This document shows, piece by piece, positions 13,402 through 25,770 of a DNA stretch of 64,000 nt. Origin of the DNA: Raja brachyura (lineage: Eukaryota); contig OY740811.1 in assembly GCA_963514005.1 (NCBI GenBank), positions 27,094,001 to 27,158,000 on the forward strand, written 5' to 3'. How positions within the stretch are numbered: the stretch's first letter is position 1; each line of letters opens with the position of its first letter. Under the pieces are notes generated by a model. It searched no databases and was not told the DNA's origin. It saw only the letters and a program-made list of their open reading frames with translations. The position numbers and the translations under genes are program-made.

Positions 13402-14434
13402 CTGGTAATAAAAAAAGATTTAAAAAAAAACCAGAGTTTATAGCTGAAGGCACATTACATTGTAGAATTTAGGGCATGGGAGAGGCAAGATTAAATTCTA
13501 CATATACATACATACACATATGACTTCCCAGCTCAGAAAACAGTAGTCCCGTGCAATGATCACCTTCATTGGAAACACGTTATAAAACACATTCAACATG
13601 TAAAAGTTCAAATATAGTATGAGTAAAAATAAAAACAGAGCACTATCAATTAAGGTACAAAATACTGTTTAAAAGACAGTATCCCTTTTGTTTACCTACA
13701 CAGATTACATTTTAAATGTAGTACCAATCAACATACTTGACAAAGTTAACTGGAAGGGCAAATGTACCATGAAATAGATGATTAATATGACAGGAGTGGC
13801 AGTGAGGAAAACATCACTTACAATCTTAGGTTGTCAAAGTCTCAGAAACAATTAAATATCAGCAAAATAACCCAACATCTTAATCTATGCCCTTCATCCT
13901 TGAGTCGTTGTGCCTTCCTCTTCATCAATCAGAAACCTGCACTAGAAACCTCTGTCTAAGGATCGCAACTCTCCATTTCTTTCTCTTTAAAAGATCTCCT
14001 TAAATCTACATCTTTAGACACATCTTTGAACCTATGCTTGGTGTTGATTTCCCCCAACGTCTGTGAAAAGCACCACATTTCCAAACTTTGTACAGGAGGG
14101 TCCTGGTGCAAAAAAATAAATACAGGAGTGGAGACAGGAATTACGTTTGTTGTTTCATCCAGTGCAGTACAGAGGAAATAGCATCCAAAGAGATACTTTG
14201 GTTAGCTCCCTGATGATTCAATAAGTTTACTGAGTGAGCGGGTTATCAATTATCTCCTTCAGTTCAAGGTGCCTACTCCTGATTTAATTCCTGTGGAATG
14301 AGAATGGATACATTTAGTTGTCGCTTCTATAATTTAATTTGCTGATGATTGTTGTTATGATTTCTTAATGGTAATTCAACATTAGGTAGCTCGGTATAGA
14401 ATAGGATTTGAGTATTTATAACTCAATACTCGAA

Positions 14435-14575
14435 AGACGGTTAATTGGGTTGGTATAAGTGTAAATTGTCCAAAGTGTGTGTAGGATAGTGTTAATGTGC
14501 GGGGATTGCTGGTCGGTGCGGACTCGGTGGGCCGAAGGGCCTGTTTCCGTGCCGTATCTCTAAAACTAAAACTAC
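14435..14575 (+). mobile_element. V-SINE 3' portion with CR1-like tail
   Basis: ggttaattgg...gtaaattgtc...gggccgaagggcctgtttccgtgccgtatctctaaaactaaaact, shared with the copies at 62910 and 63254. Confidence 0.7.
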
Positions 14576-14754
14576 AAACTAATTTTCCCCCCAAACAGGA
14601 GTTCTTAATGATTTGTTTTCAAGGGAGTCATGCATCTCAAAAGACAGTTGTGATACATGCGTGTTTCACAGCTGTCACTAAATGCCCAGAAAATGCTTTT
14701 GCAAGGATTGTACAATTGTGGGAACTGGAATTATGAAAAACATCTAACCAGGTC

Positions 14755-15125
14755 ATAGAATAATAAAACAAGTTGCGTATCCAAGCTAGCCCCACTGGCC
14801 AATGCCTGGCCCATATCCCTCCAAACCTTTTGTCTTCATGTACCTGTCCAAGTGTCTTTTAAATGTTGTAATTGACCCACCTCCATCAGTTCTTCCGGTT
14901 ACTCATTCCATGTATGCTGAACCCCCGATATGAAAAAGTTACCCAACAGGTCCCTTTATTTATTTCTTTTCCTCTCGCATCGTAAATCTATGCGCTCTAT
15001 TTTTTTACTCCCCCAACTTGGAAAGAGACTCTGTTTTTTTTACTTTATCTATGCCATGTTTTTTTTACCTCTGTAAGGTCATCCCTCAGCCTCCTTCACT
15101 CCAGTGAAAAAATACCCAGCCTATC
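14755..15125 (-). mobile_element. CR1 LINE 3' fragment
   Basis: Reverse-complement similarity to the CR1 copy at 16653-16950. Confidence 0.75.
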
Positions 15126-16299
15126 AGCCAGGCAAAACCAAGTCTCCGTTTTTCAAAGATTTGTCTCTTTAAACTGACTACATGTATATCTCAGACATTC
15201 TGAGTTGTGATCAGTTCTAGGTATTTGACAAGGAACTTTTAAGTACAAAAATGTTTAAGCTGGTCGATATCACAGAACAGCTAAATCACAATCAATTTTC
15301 AGGAAACAATGGTTTTTGTAAACAAACATAGTACCTCTGAATCGGAGGAAAAAGATTTAAACCTAGCTCTCAATGATCCATGATTGCAGCTTCCGCCCCA
15401 AAACCCTGATTCACAACCTTGTAAAATACTTGTGTTGGTGCTCCTTGCCAATGATCAGGTGATCCCCTCTCTAGTAAAGAGAAAACCCCAATCTTATCAC
15501 CATCAACCAGCATTCAGAGAATTATGATCACTTGAAATATGTTCAGACTGTTACTTGGTCTGTGAATACTTGTATTACTTCCATATTATGTGCTTAAATT
15601 ACATTCACCCAGATCTATGAAAACAGCAAACAAATGAACGGACATGAAACACACACCCAGCCGATTCTCACTGTACAATGTACAAAGCATCTCACAAATG
15701 AACTGCTTGCATTCTTGTGCAAAATCATGTGCACTGTGGCATACAATCAAGATTCCACACCAAACTGCATATTTTCACCCATTAATTTGTCTGCCCATGA
15801 TCAAATGTACAGTTGTAATTCCATTCCAAGTTTTACATGTTAGGGAAGTCAAGATTTTAGCCTGAAAGTCTGATTTTTAGACAGGCATGTGTTGAAAGTT
15901 AGTCGAATCCATCCAACCGGACACACACACAATTCATGTAGGACTACAAAAGGGACATTGTTTTATAAACCTCTTGTTGTCGACTTATGGTGATGGCACA
16001 ATAGTAGTACCAGCAGTCAGCATAACCTTCATTAGATTGATTTGAATTAAGAGCATTTCTGTACTGAACTCTGAAGGACTTTCGCCACAATATTTCTCCA
16101 AATGACGGACAATTTAAAAGTATATTTGCAGTTTGCTAACATGCTGCAATACATTATTACAAAAGTCATCCAATAGAACATAATTCATATACATATTCAG
16201 TATTTGATTATATGAAGAAATAGAAGAACAAACGCATTTCAGCAGAAATTGAGTTACTTTGAATAGAATGGCTGGAAATCGGGAATAATGACAGGGAGA

Positions 16300-17030
16300 T
16301 GGATCCTCCCAAGTGGGTAACAGTTAACGAGGGATGGGACCACTGGTGTGATTCTCTTTACACAAGGTTCAGAGTGGCATCCTGCCCTCTTTGTATACAG
16401 TATGAGATGGGGCAGAGGGCAATGTGGAAGACGGGGATGGAATGAAAACATAGAATGGAGATAAGGAGGGATTTATTTTGCCAGAGGGTGGTGAATCTGT
16501 AGAATTCATTGCCACAGATGGCTGTGGAGGCCAGTACATTGGGTCTTTGTAAAGTGGAGATTGATAGGTTCTCGATTAGTATGGGCGTCAAAGGTTAAGG
16601 GTAGAAGTCAGGTAAATGGGGTTGAGAGGGAAAAAATAGATCAGCCATGATTCGAGAACCAGAGGGCATAGGTTTAAGGTGAGGGGGAAAGATTTAGTAA
16701 GAGCCGGAGGGGTAACTTTTTCACACAAAGGGTGGTAGGGGTATGAAAGGAGCTGTTGGGGGAGATAGTTGAGACAGGTACTATCGCAACATTTAAGAAA
16801 CATTTAGACAGGTACATGGATAGGGCAGATTTAGAGGGATATGGGCCAAATGCAGGCAGGTGGGACTAGTGTGGATGGGACATGTTGGCCGATGTGGGGA
16901 AGTTGGGCCGAAGGGCCTGTTTCCACGCTGTAAGACCCTATGACTCTATAATTCAACCTATGATTGAATTGCATAGTAGCCCAGATTGGCTGAATGACCT
17001 AATTCTGCTCCTATGCCTTATGGTCTCATA
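16300..17030 (+). mobile_element. CR1 LINE 3' fragment interrupted by a second CR1 subfamily copy (about 16653-16950)
   Basis: The first copy (cagagggtggtgaatctg, RVVNL) breaks at tcagccatgatt and resumes at tcaacctatgatt; the inner copy ends in (ctatga)n. Confidence 0.8.
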
Positions 17031-17959
17031 GGAAAAATAAAAGTAATGGTTCAAAGGTTCAATTAAACTGGCATTTATGTGGAACTGCAGAGCTGGTATA
17101 AATATTCAAAGACAATTTATCCCAGCCACCCCAATTTTCTTCTTTTATTTTCCTTAAGTTGCAACAATGTTGACTCCATCCTGGGGTACAGTCCCACAGT
17201 TGTTAACTCTCTGCTTCCATGTTCAAAAACCCAATATCTATTCAATGATTTACCATTCAACTCTAAGGTATTATTACCAAGTCAGAATGTCATCATTTAC
17301 AGCTTGTGTCACCAGGAATGGGGATGTTAGTTCTATCCCTTATCAACTACAGTTGAACTACTAACCCAGCTGAGATCAGCAAAGCTTTTTTTTGGATTAA
17401 CATCTCAGTAAAGGGAAACAAGATCTAAATTCAAAAATCAGACCTGCAATAAGTAAACATTGCAGGATGCAGTAAAGCTTTAATAGGAACTTTTCTTAAA
17501 GAGCAGTTACTGTTAGAAAGAAAAGAAAAATGACCCTGTCATTTTATCCTGTGATGATGTTGGCACTATCATAGGTTTTGCTTTGTCAAATTGAACAAAG
17601 AGCACATCAAACAAAAATAATGGTTCTTTCAAATACCATTGCATTAAGAGCGCATTGAAAAAACAATTCAATAACTTATAATGGTAAAATCATAATGGAC
17701 TTTTGAGATAATATTTATCATTTTGTTTCCTACATTCTGTGCTCAAATTGTATTGATTCTGGCAAGTAAAATATTTTCCTCTCTGGCCCTAATGACAAAC
17801 ATTCCTTTGGTCAAGAATAATGTGGAAGGCGCATGTCAGATTTAGACCAATAATCTTTTAATTCATCAATCTGAATAATATTCCGAATAATAACTATTCT
17901 GAAGCTCTTTGAACAAAGATGCAATTAGAAGCCAATTAGTTTCACCACCTACAAGGCAC

Positions 17960-18360
17960 GAGTTAGGAATGCGATGCAAGACTCTCCACTTGCTTGCATG
18001 AGTGCAGCTCCATCAATATTCAAGCTGTTCAATACCGTCTAAGAAACAACACCCCTGTTGACTGGCACCCTGTCTGCCGATCTATAATGTGGCTGCAGTG
18101 TGCACTGCCTACAAAATGCACAGCAGTTATTGCCCAAAGCTACTCCAACAGCACCTCCCAGTATGCAATCACCAGGACGACTAGTTCCATCTCTCGGAAG
18201 GTGTTTCCCCAGTCCCACATTACCCTGACACATCAGCATTCCTTCAGCGGTGTCGAGTCTTATTCTTAGAACACTCTAGCCATACCACTGTGGGTTTACT
18301 TTCACATGAAGGACAGGAGGTAACTCACCTTTTCAAGGCAAATACAAAAGGAAATAACTG
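17960..18360 (+). mobile_element. Old CR1/L2-group LINE fragment
   Basis: ccacttgcttgcatgagtgcagctcca (degenerate SPLAWMSAAP); related copies at about 20010-20220 (+), 36330-36865 (+) and 57900-58600 (-). Confidence 0.6.
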
Positions 18361-19741
18361 GGTTAGCCACCCTCAAACTGCTACTCCTCCCAATATACCA
18401 TCCTCCCCTGTTCCACTCTGTTCTTCCAAGCATCTCCTCATGTAAATTATATCATTTTTATTCCCAACATTTCAATCCTTAAATTACCTGACATTAAAAA
18501 AAATCTGAAATAAAACCATCTACCTGCTTTATCTAAGAATATGCATGTGAGAACTGCACCACGGATGGTAAAACATATGGGCCTTTCCCAAGTTACATCT
18601 GTTGTATTTAAAAATAAACCTTCATGTTCATTTTGCCTCAAACGCCCGAAGGTGTAGGCTGAAACAAGCGTTGCTCAGTACTTATCTTCGTTGCATCCAT
18701 TACAAATACTTGGATAGTATAAAAGAAGAAAAATCACTGGGTGCTTAAATCAGGATCATATAATAGTCTGGTGTTGTGCTTGCCCCTCTCATGGTGCAAA
18801 GCATCAGACAAAGCACAACCAGGCTTAGATCTCAAATTTAAAATATTTTCCAACGAGAATAAATACCGATACCATGATAATTAATCTTTAAAAATCTGTC
18901 AAAAGAGAACCAAAAAATAATTCAGATAGCAAAATGCTCTCAATTTGTTGTTGTTGTTGTTGTTCCCAAAACAAATTTATTGGAGCTTAGAATTTACGCA
19001 TGCACATTTACGACATTTGGAATTCCAGTGAATTATTTGGTCTAATGTGCGAGTCATGTAGATGAACAGCATAGACACAGACCCTTTGGCCCACCACAGC
19101 TATGCAGACAGTTAAATGAAACATGCACTTTTAACTTCACACTGCTCGCAACAAATGTACTATATCAAAGGTTTTGAATCTAGAATAATCAATAAACTAT
19201 TGTTGGTTCAAATGCTACTTCCCAAGATACTGTAGCTGATCTCAGATAGGCCAGTAGTTGTGTGTTGCCATTAGGCCCAGCCACATTAGGGTTGTGCACA
19301 GGGAATAGTACAAGTACTACTCAGTTGTCCCCTCAAACAAAAAGAGTATGAACTAGATATTTGGCAGCCCTCTGTGGTACTGTAATATTACACGAATTTA
19401 TTCTTTAAGAGATTGGGGATAAAACAAAACTTGGAAAGAGGCATTGCAAATCAATCCCATGTAAAACAGATAAAGTCCACTAATGAATGATCCTTAACAT
19501 TTGCACTTCTCTACTAAATGATCAGAGGTCCTATGGATATTCTGCTAATATAATGGTGACCTTAGCTTAATTATCAGTAAAGTCTGTCATTGTTGTAAAG
19601 ATGCCGATCTACATTTCTTAAACCTTTGCTGTAGAAGTTACTTATTGAAGCAGGATGTAAGAAGGAAGAGGAGGTGAGTGCTTTTTCACAATTTACAGAT
19701 TAAAATCGGTGTTACATTTTCACTTGTGTAATGAAACTCAC

Positions 19742-19828
19742 CTTCCATGGGTGTGTTTGGGTCTGGCCTATTAGCAAATACCACATCCACATACTCCAAC
19801 TGTAACCGCTCAAGTGAAGCTTTCAGTC
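19742..19828 (-). CDS. KCNAB2: KCNAB2 exon (87 nt): (G)[28 protein letters not shown]
   Basis: tggcag|GACTGAAA...ATGGAAG|gtgagt; matches the recalled human Kv-beta2 segment; catalytic Asn (FANRPD). Confidence 0.97.
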
Positions 19829-20436
19829 CTGCCAATGCAGAATACAAATATTCATTAAAAACGGAAGGACGGGATGCACAAGGTCACAATTGATCAGAAG
19901 CTTAATTTGATCAGCTAGATAAGTGTTGCAACTACAAGATCAGATCAGAGGCTGAAGATCCTGTGGAGAGTGATTCCCTATTTGATCCCCCAGAGCCTTG
20001 CCATCATCTACACAGGAAAGATCAAGAATGTATGGAATGTTAGATGAATACAACTCCAACACTAAAAGTTCAACACCGGTCAGAGCAAAGCAGTCTATTT
20101 GATTGGCTCTCTATCGACCACTTCACTCCTTTCATTACTGGTTGCAGTGTACACCATCCACAAAATACACTGCAGTTATTAAACACGACTATTTTGACAG
20201 CATCGGCTTCTCAAGAGCAATTAGATATGAGCCATGAATGTTGATTTTGAAAACGATGACCATCCTTTGTCTTTTTTTTTACTTCTTCCTGCTTTGGAAC
20301 GCAAGATTTCTGCTTAAATCAGATCCCAGTTTCTATCTGCCACTCTTGACGTTAATAAGACCCCTGAACTATTTCATAACGAATTCACTGACCAATTATT
20401 ATCAGCAGCAACTTCTCCACCAGCATGATGCCCTAC

Positions 20437-20480
20437 CTTCTATAATGTGCTTTCGGGAGAGTCCTCTCTCCGTCTCCGCT
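20437..20480 (-). CDS. KCNAB2: KCNAB2 exon (44 nt): (K)AETERGLSRKHIIE(G)
   Basis: ttgcag|AGCGGAG...GAAG|gtaggg. Confidence 0.97.
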
Positions 20481-21466
20481 CTGCAATAAGAAATGACAAA
20501 CACAGGTTTTAAAGGCTACTCTGCAGTGAAGTGATTTAGTCATCCTGGCTAATTCAGATTAGAGCACATTTCCAAATAATAGAATTCAAGCCACTACATT
20601 GATATAGACAAGATCATACAAAAGCTGGACAATGGAGCAGTGGACCAAAGTTCACAACATTTTTTTATTAGAAATCTAAAAATATTAGTGGTATTAAACC
20701 ACAAACATTGGCAATTTACATGTTTCATCCCGTGTCCGTGCTGAGGTTACTGATCAATAGTAGGGATCCTACGGTCCCAATATCCCAGAATAGAATGAAT
20801 AATGGAATGAAGATGGTTTACACTCCTGATCACCATCATGTATCTCCTGCTGGTGACTACATGTAGAGGTTTATACCTTATGTTTATACCTTCTACCCTA
20901 CCTTCACACATAGATTTCAGCAGTTCAAGAAGGCAACTAATCAGTTTCTCTAGTGCTATCATGGATGGCTTAGCTTGTAAAGTTCACGTCTAGCTTAAAG
21001 ATAAAAATGCTAAAATCGCCTTATGAGACTCCCCTAAACACACACCTAAACAGTGCTGATTTAAAGGTTAATAATATTGACAAGCTCTCAGGTGGAATAA
21101 AAATATAGCCTCCTCAGTAAAATCAATAATAATTAACACAACATTAGTGATCAAAATGTAGAAATGTCAAGTTTTTCCTGATTACCTTCTGCCAAAAGAT
21201 ATGTATTACAGATGCACCAGCACTGCTACATCAAAATGTGCCGAGCCCTGTACTGACAGACATTCTGTATCCATCTTTGTTTTACCAGACTCAAAAATCC
21301 CAAATTAAAGTTTCACGGCCATGTTTCATGATTCAATACTGAAAATCAAATCCTAAACTTCCCAGTCTGAATGGCTCTGCTGTAAATTGCCTTCAAATAA
21401 ATACTGAATAACTTATCAATTACATGTATTCAACAGTTTTAATCATTAAAATATCTGGTTACATAC

Positions 21467-21511
21467 TTTCCACCCCAGAAGATTTTGGTTGTGATGACAA
21501 GGCTGGAACGT
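21467..21511 (-). CDS. KCNAB2: KCNAB2 exon (45 nt): (R)RSSLVITTKIFWGG(K)
   Basis: ttgcag|ACGTTCC...GGAAA|gtatgt; catalytic Lys; TTKIFW is Kv-beta2-type (beta1 TTKLYW). Confidence 0.97.
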
Positions 21512-22321
21512 CTGCAAAGAGGAAAAGAAATGTTGAGAAATGGTTTTGTCTATTTCTGCATTTGAAGTTTTATGTATAATGTTGCAAAGCTAATACAAAG
21601 GAAATGGTCATACTCACAACACAGAACAGAACATTTCTGACAATCTTAGATATTATTTGACATTGTATTGTGCCACATCTATTTAACAAAAAAGGGCTAG
21701 TTGCACGCATTCCTTGGCTTGTTCCGAATCTCTAATCTGCTGGACATGCAGTACAACCATCAGCAGAATTATGGAAAGTGCTGTCAGTTTTACTATCAGG
21801 TGATCCTTACTTAGTAAAATGCTAAACCCAGTTTGTGTTTCCCCAAAAACATTTCAACTTATGACTTCATTAAGTCTTGGACTAAAAATATGAATTCCAG
21901 AGGTGGGATGAGCTCTTCTGATTTATCCACCTTAATGTGAATCCTCCTTCTTCTTGATCTCAAACTGCCCTTGCATATTAGTGTGGTGAGAAAGGTGATC
22001 CACCAAAGGGAGATGCTTCCACTTCTCTGTTCAGATTCAGTGACAGTTTTTCCATTTTAATGAAATGCAGTTAACTTTGTTATGGAATTGATGATATATT
22101 TATTCACTAAATACGTGAAATACATAGCACTGCTGAGGAAGCATTTTTTAGCTTGCTTTTCCTGTTCCAATTTTTCCGCAAATAAAAATGGTCATAAACA
22201 CTCAACTAAGAAAAATATTACATTAGTGACACAAGTCTTATATGTTAAATTGTACAGTAATGTCATGGATTTGTGAATAATTCCTCATAATTCTCAAAAC
22301 ATCTAAGAATAATAAGATTAC

Positions 22322-22366
22322 CTCCATCCTTTCTTCTTGATAATGTTCCCCAATACAATTTCTGCC
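22322..22366 (-). CDS. KCNAB2: KCNAB2 exon (45 nt): (K)AEIVLGNIIKKKGW(R)
   Basis: ccacag|GGCAGAA...TGGAG|gtaatc; frame is continuous with neighbouring exons. Confidence 0.97.
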
Positions 22367-22666
22367 CTGTGGAGAAAAAAGAAAGTGGGGTTTAATATAT
22401 TTTACAAGTTACTTGGATAAGGATGTTATTTTTTGTTTTAAAGATTTTTTTTTCAATCAGCCATCGAAATGCTTTCATTTTCATTTCCCCTCCCTGATTC
22501 TCCTCATACCCAAGATTTTCTGAACATAAAAGTACTTAAGATTAATTATTTTAAATACAAAATATTATTTATTTTAAGAGTGAAACATAGTGATAATCAT
22601 CCCCAGGTTATTTTGTACCACTGGATGATCAGACCGAGCATTTCCTGCTCGTCAGCCACCCTTGTG

Positions 22667-22801
22667 GGGTGGAAGATTGTAACCTTCACGTGGTCCACCC
22701 TGTTTCGACGAATGCAATCAACCCGGCGTGCACAATCAAATAGAACAAGTTGTCCTGCTGTGCACTTTAGGCTGTGCACGCCATACGCAAGAAGAAGAAG
22801 T
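22667..22801 (+). mobile_element. Short (GAA)n-tailed retroposon, copy 1
   Basis: Starts (G)GGGTGGAAG and ends gcaagaagaagaag; TSD cacccttgtg (22657-22666 / 22802-22811). Confidence 0.85.
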
Positions 22802-23253
22802 CACCCTTGTGAATCGAAACAATTTCTGTATTCTGTATAGGATACTTCATTTCCAACCAACACATTTTGTGAGCATTGCAAGGGCATTTGGATATATTTG
22901 CCCTAGGGAGTCCTGTACAATGCATAACAGGGCAATATGGGCTTGCTATCACAGAAACAAACTGGAAGGCCTACCAGGTACTAATGAAGTAAGTACAGTA
23001 AGTTTGAATTAAGTTTCCCATAACAGCTGTCCACTGGCAATCTCACACCTATTTAGTAACAATTACACTGTACCTTGCTGACATTATATTTTTGTAAAAC
23101 AATTTCTAGCTTGATGACTCATGTACTTTTGAAATTTGAGTTGACAGCAACATTTCTCTCTGGCAAGTAGCCCAATGAGAATCATGCCATTTATTGCTCT
23201 ATAAATACATCAATTTACAGAAATCTCAGTACTTAAAATGCTGCATCAATAAT

Positions 23254-24204
23254 TAGCGTTGTTACAAAACCCTACCACCAGTGGCGCTCCAGATCTGCCC
23301 GCTGCCTCTGTGTGCGATTCTGTTGGGGGGGGGGGGGGGGGGGGTGGCGGGATTAAAATGCAGGTTTGCACTGGTTGTCGGAAAGGAATTTGCTCGGACT
23401 TCAAGCTGATGAAGAAAAATTGATCTGCGATCCCGCTCCCGTTTAAAAAAAAAAAAGTTGCTGGTCGATTACATCGCTGGATTGAAGTTAAACGCGACTT
23501 CTAACGCGTTCAACATCACGGATCGCAAGTGCAGGACAAAACAAAAGGTATGTCATTTATTTAACATATTATCTTGCGTTTTGGTGTGGCTTTATTTTAA
23601 TCTGATGACGAGAAAAATGTTATTTAGGCCTCGATACGATATCGGCCGTGTCTTGCCTGCCGATAGCGGTTTGCATCATGGCAGCAGCCACATTCCATTC
23701 AATCACAATCCAGAAACAGCCACTCTCAATTTCATTATTTATTTTGCACAATCATGTCATAAGAACATCTAAATCATTTATATTTTGTGTTATTGTCTAA
23801 CCATGGTCAATATTTTCATACTAAATATCTGAAAACTTCCACAGTAAAGTTTTAGTGAAATGTTTAGTATGAAAATATTGATCATGGATAGACATTAACA
23901 CAAAATATAGATAATTTAGATGTTCGTATGACATGATTGTGCAACAAATAATGATTTTGATTATCTTAAGAGTTGATGGCCTTTTATGTCAATTGACTGT
24001 CCTTGATCACAGCTTTTGTGTTAAGTTAATGGAAAAGCAATAGGGAACAAGATGCTAATTTCCAAGTATGAAAATGACCATAATGTTTTTAATACTGAAG
24101 ATATGAAAGTGAATTAGGTATTAAATTAGTTATTTTTAAGCTTTATCTGATGCGATAAATTATAGGCTTGATTTTTTAAATCTCAAAATGTTGTAACATT
24201 CCTA
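23254..24204. mobile_element. Non-autonomous TIR DNA transposon, copy 1
   Basis: Termini TAGCGTTGTTACAAAA / TGTTGTAACATTCCTA; flanks caataat / caataac; right ~220 bp closely similar to 49800-50016. Confidence 0.8.
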
Positions 24205-24489
24205 CAATAACTGGAGCTTAGCAGGACAAATATTTAGGAAGTGTTCGCTGTCCATGGTCTAATTTTAATCACGTCATGTTATGCAATGCTGCTTACTTCT
24301 TTTTGTAAAGATTCTTGTAGGTCTATTGCCTTGAACTGTTGCAGTCCTTCAGCTGAAGATGCTCAACAATACTGCCTGATCAAGAAGTCCGAAAACGAGA
24401 ACCAAGAATGATGATGGCACAGTGATACCTTGCGCTGCTACACTTATTCATTGTCTTTTGGATTCTAATATCCTATTTTGTAACGGATT

Positions 24490-24940
24490 AGGAATAGGAG
24501 TAAGCCATTTGGCCCTGCCATTCAATGTGCTCAAGCCTAATGCACCAAGGCCTCATCTCCTCTTCCACGTCAATTCCTCATAGTCCCAATTCTCTGATAT
24601 TTCAGAATGCATTTACTTTCTCTTTAAATTCACCCAATGAACTAGCCTCCACAGCTAGCTTGGGAATAATTACTGACATTCATCACCCTTGTGAGAAACT
24701 GCACCCAAGCACTTTTAAATGGTCATTCATAGTCTTGTAACTATATCCCCCACCTTTGGTATTCTCCCACAAGTCAAAACATCTTGACATCCATTGTTGT
24801 ACCTACTCAAGATCATGCATGTTTCAACAAGATCATCCCTCATTATTCTAAACTCCAAGGAAGATATAATCTATTTAGCTGCTCAGGATAGACAAACCCT
24901 TTTATTCCAGGAATTATCACAATGAGTCTCACAGAGAGTT
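24490..24940 (-). mobile_element. Degenerate CR1 LINE 3' fragment
   Basis: ggagtaagccatttggccc 3'UTR motif and cattattctaaactcca shared with the other CR1 copies. Confidence 0.6.
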
Positions 24941-25009
24941 GCCATTTGGCTACTTGAAAAGTCAGTGAGAAAACGACAGATCAAAGGGGACGACGACGAA
25001 GGAATAATG

Positions 25010-25330
25010 ATTTCTCTAACTTCAATGTACCCTTGCTTTCCCTCTCTCACTGTCCCTCCCCATCCTAAATCTTTGACTAATTTCACTATCACTGTTTCGC
25101 AGGTGTGATTATATTTTACTAATTATATACCTCGTTGTCACTTCCCCATAGCTCACAATGAACCATTCTACATTTTTCTTGATCATCGCCCCCTTTGATT
25201 TGTCGTTTTCACGCCTTACCCTTCCATATCTCTATGTCTCCATCTCCCCTGACTCTCAGTCTGAAGAAGGGTCTCAACCCGAAACATCACCCATGCTTGT
25301 CCCACTGAGTTACTCCAGCATTTTGTGTCT
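25010..25330 (+). mobile_element. Penelope-like element pLTR/3' fragment with hammerhead-like motif
   Basis: ctgaagaagggtctcaacccgaaacatc at 25261-25288; homologous to 60310-60585. Confidence 0.7.
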
Positions 25331-25334
25331 AAAT

Positions 25335-25770
25335 AGATGGCTTTGTGATAATATACAGTTCTGGTTGCCCTACCAGAGGAAGGGTATCAATAAATTGGAA
25401 AGGGTGTAATGGAGATTTACCAGGATGTCGCTGGGTCTGCAAAGTTTGAGTAATGAAGAGAGCTGGTCCTTTTTAAGCTCACTCCATCGGTGTAAGAGGT
25501 TAAGGAGTGACCTTACAGAGCATATCAGAGTCATGAAGTGCATAGATGAGGTGAATAGTCATAGTCTTTTCTCCAGGATAGTGGACGATAGCCCTACAAC
25601 TAGAGGACTTAGATTTAAAGTGAGGGGAGAAACATTTTTTAAAAGGACCAAGGGACAACTTTTTTATCATACAGAGGGTAATGCATTTATGGAAAGAGAG
25701 AAAGTGGCAGAGGCGGGTACAATTACAACATTTAAAAGACACTTGGATAGCTACGTGGATAGGAAAGCTT
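25335..25770 (+). mobile_element. CR1 LINE ORF2 3' fragment
   Basis: QFWLPY..KGINKLERV; TRG..FKV.G; TFKRHLD. Confidence 0.85.
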
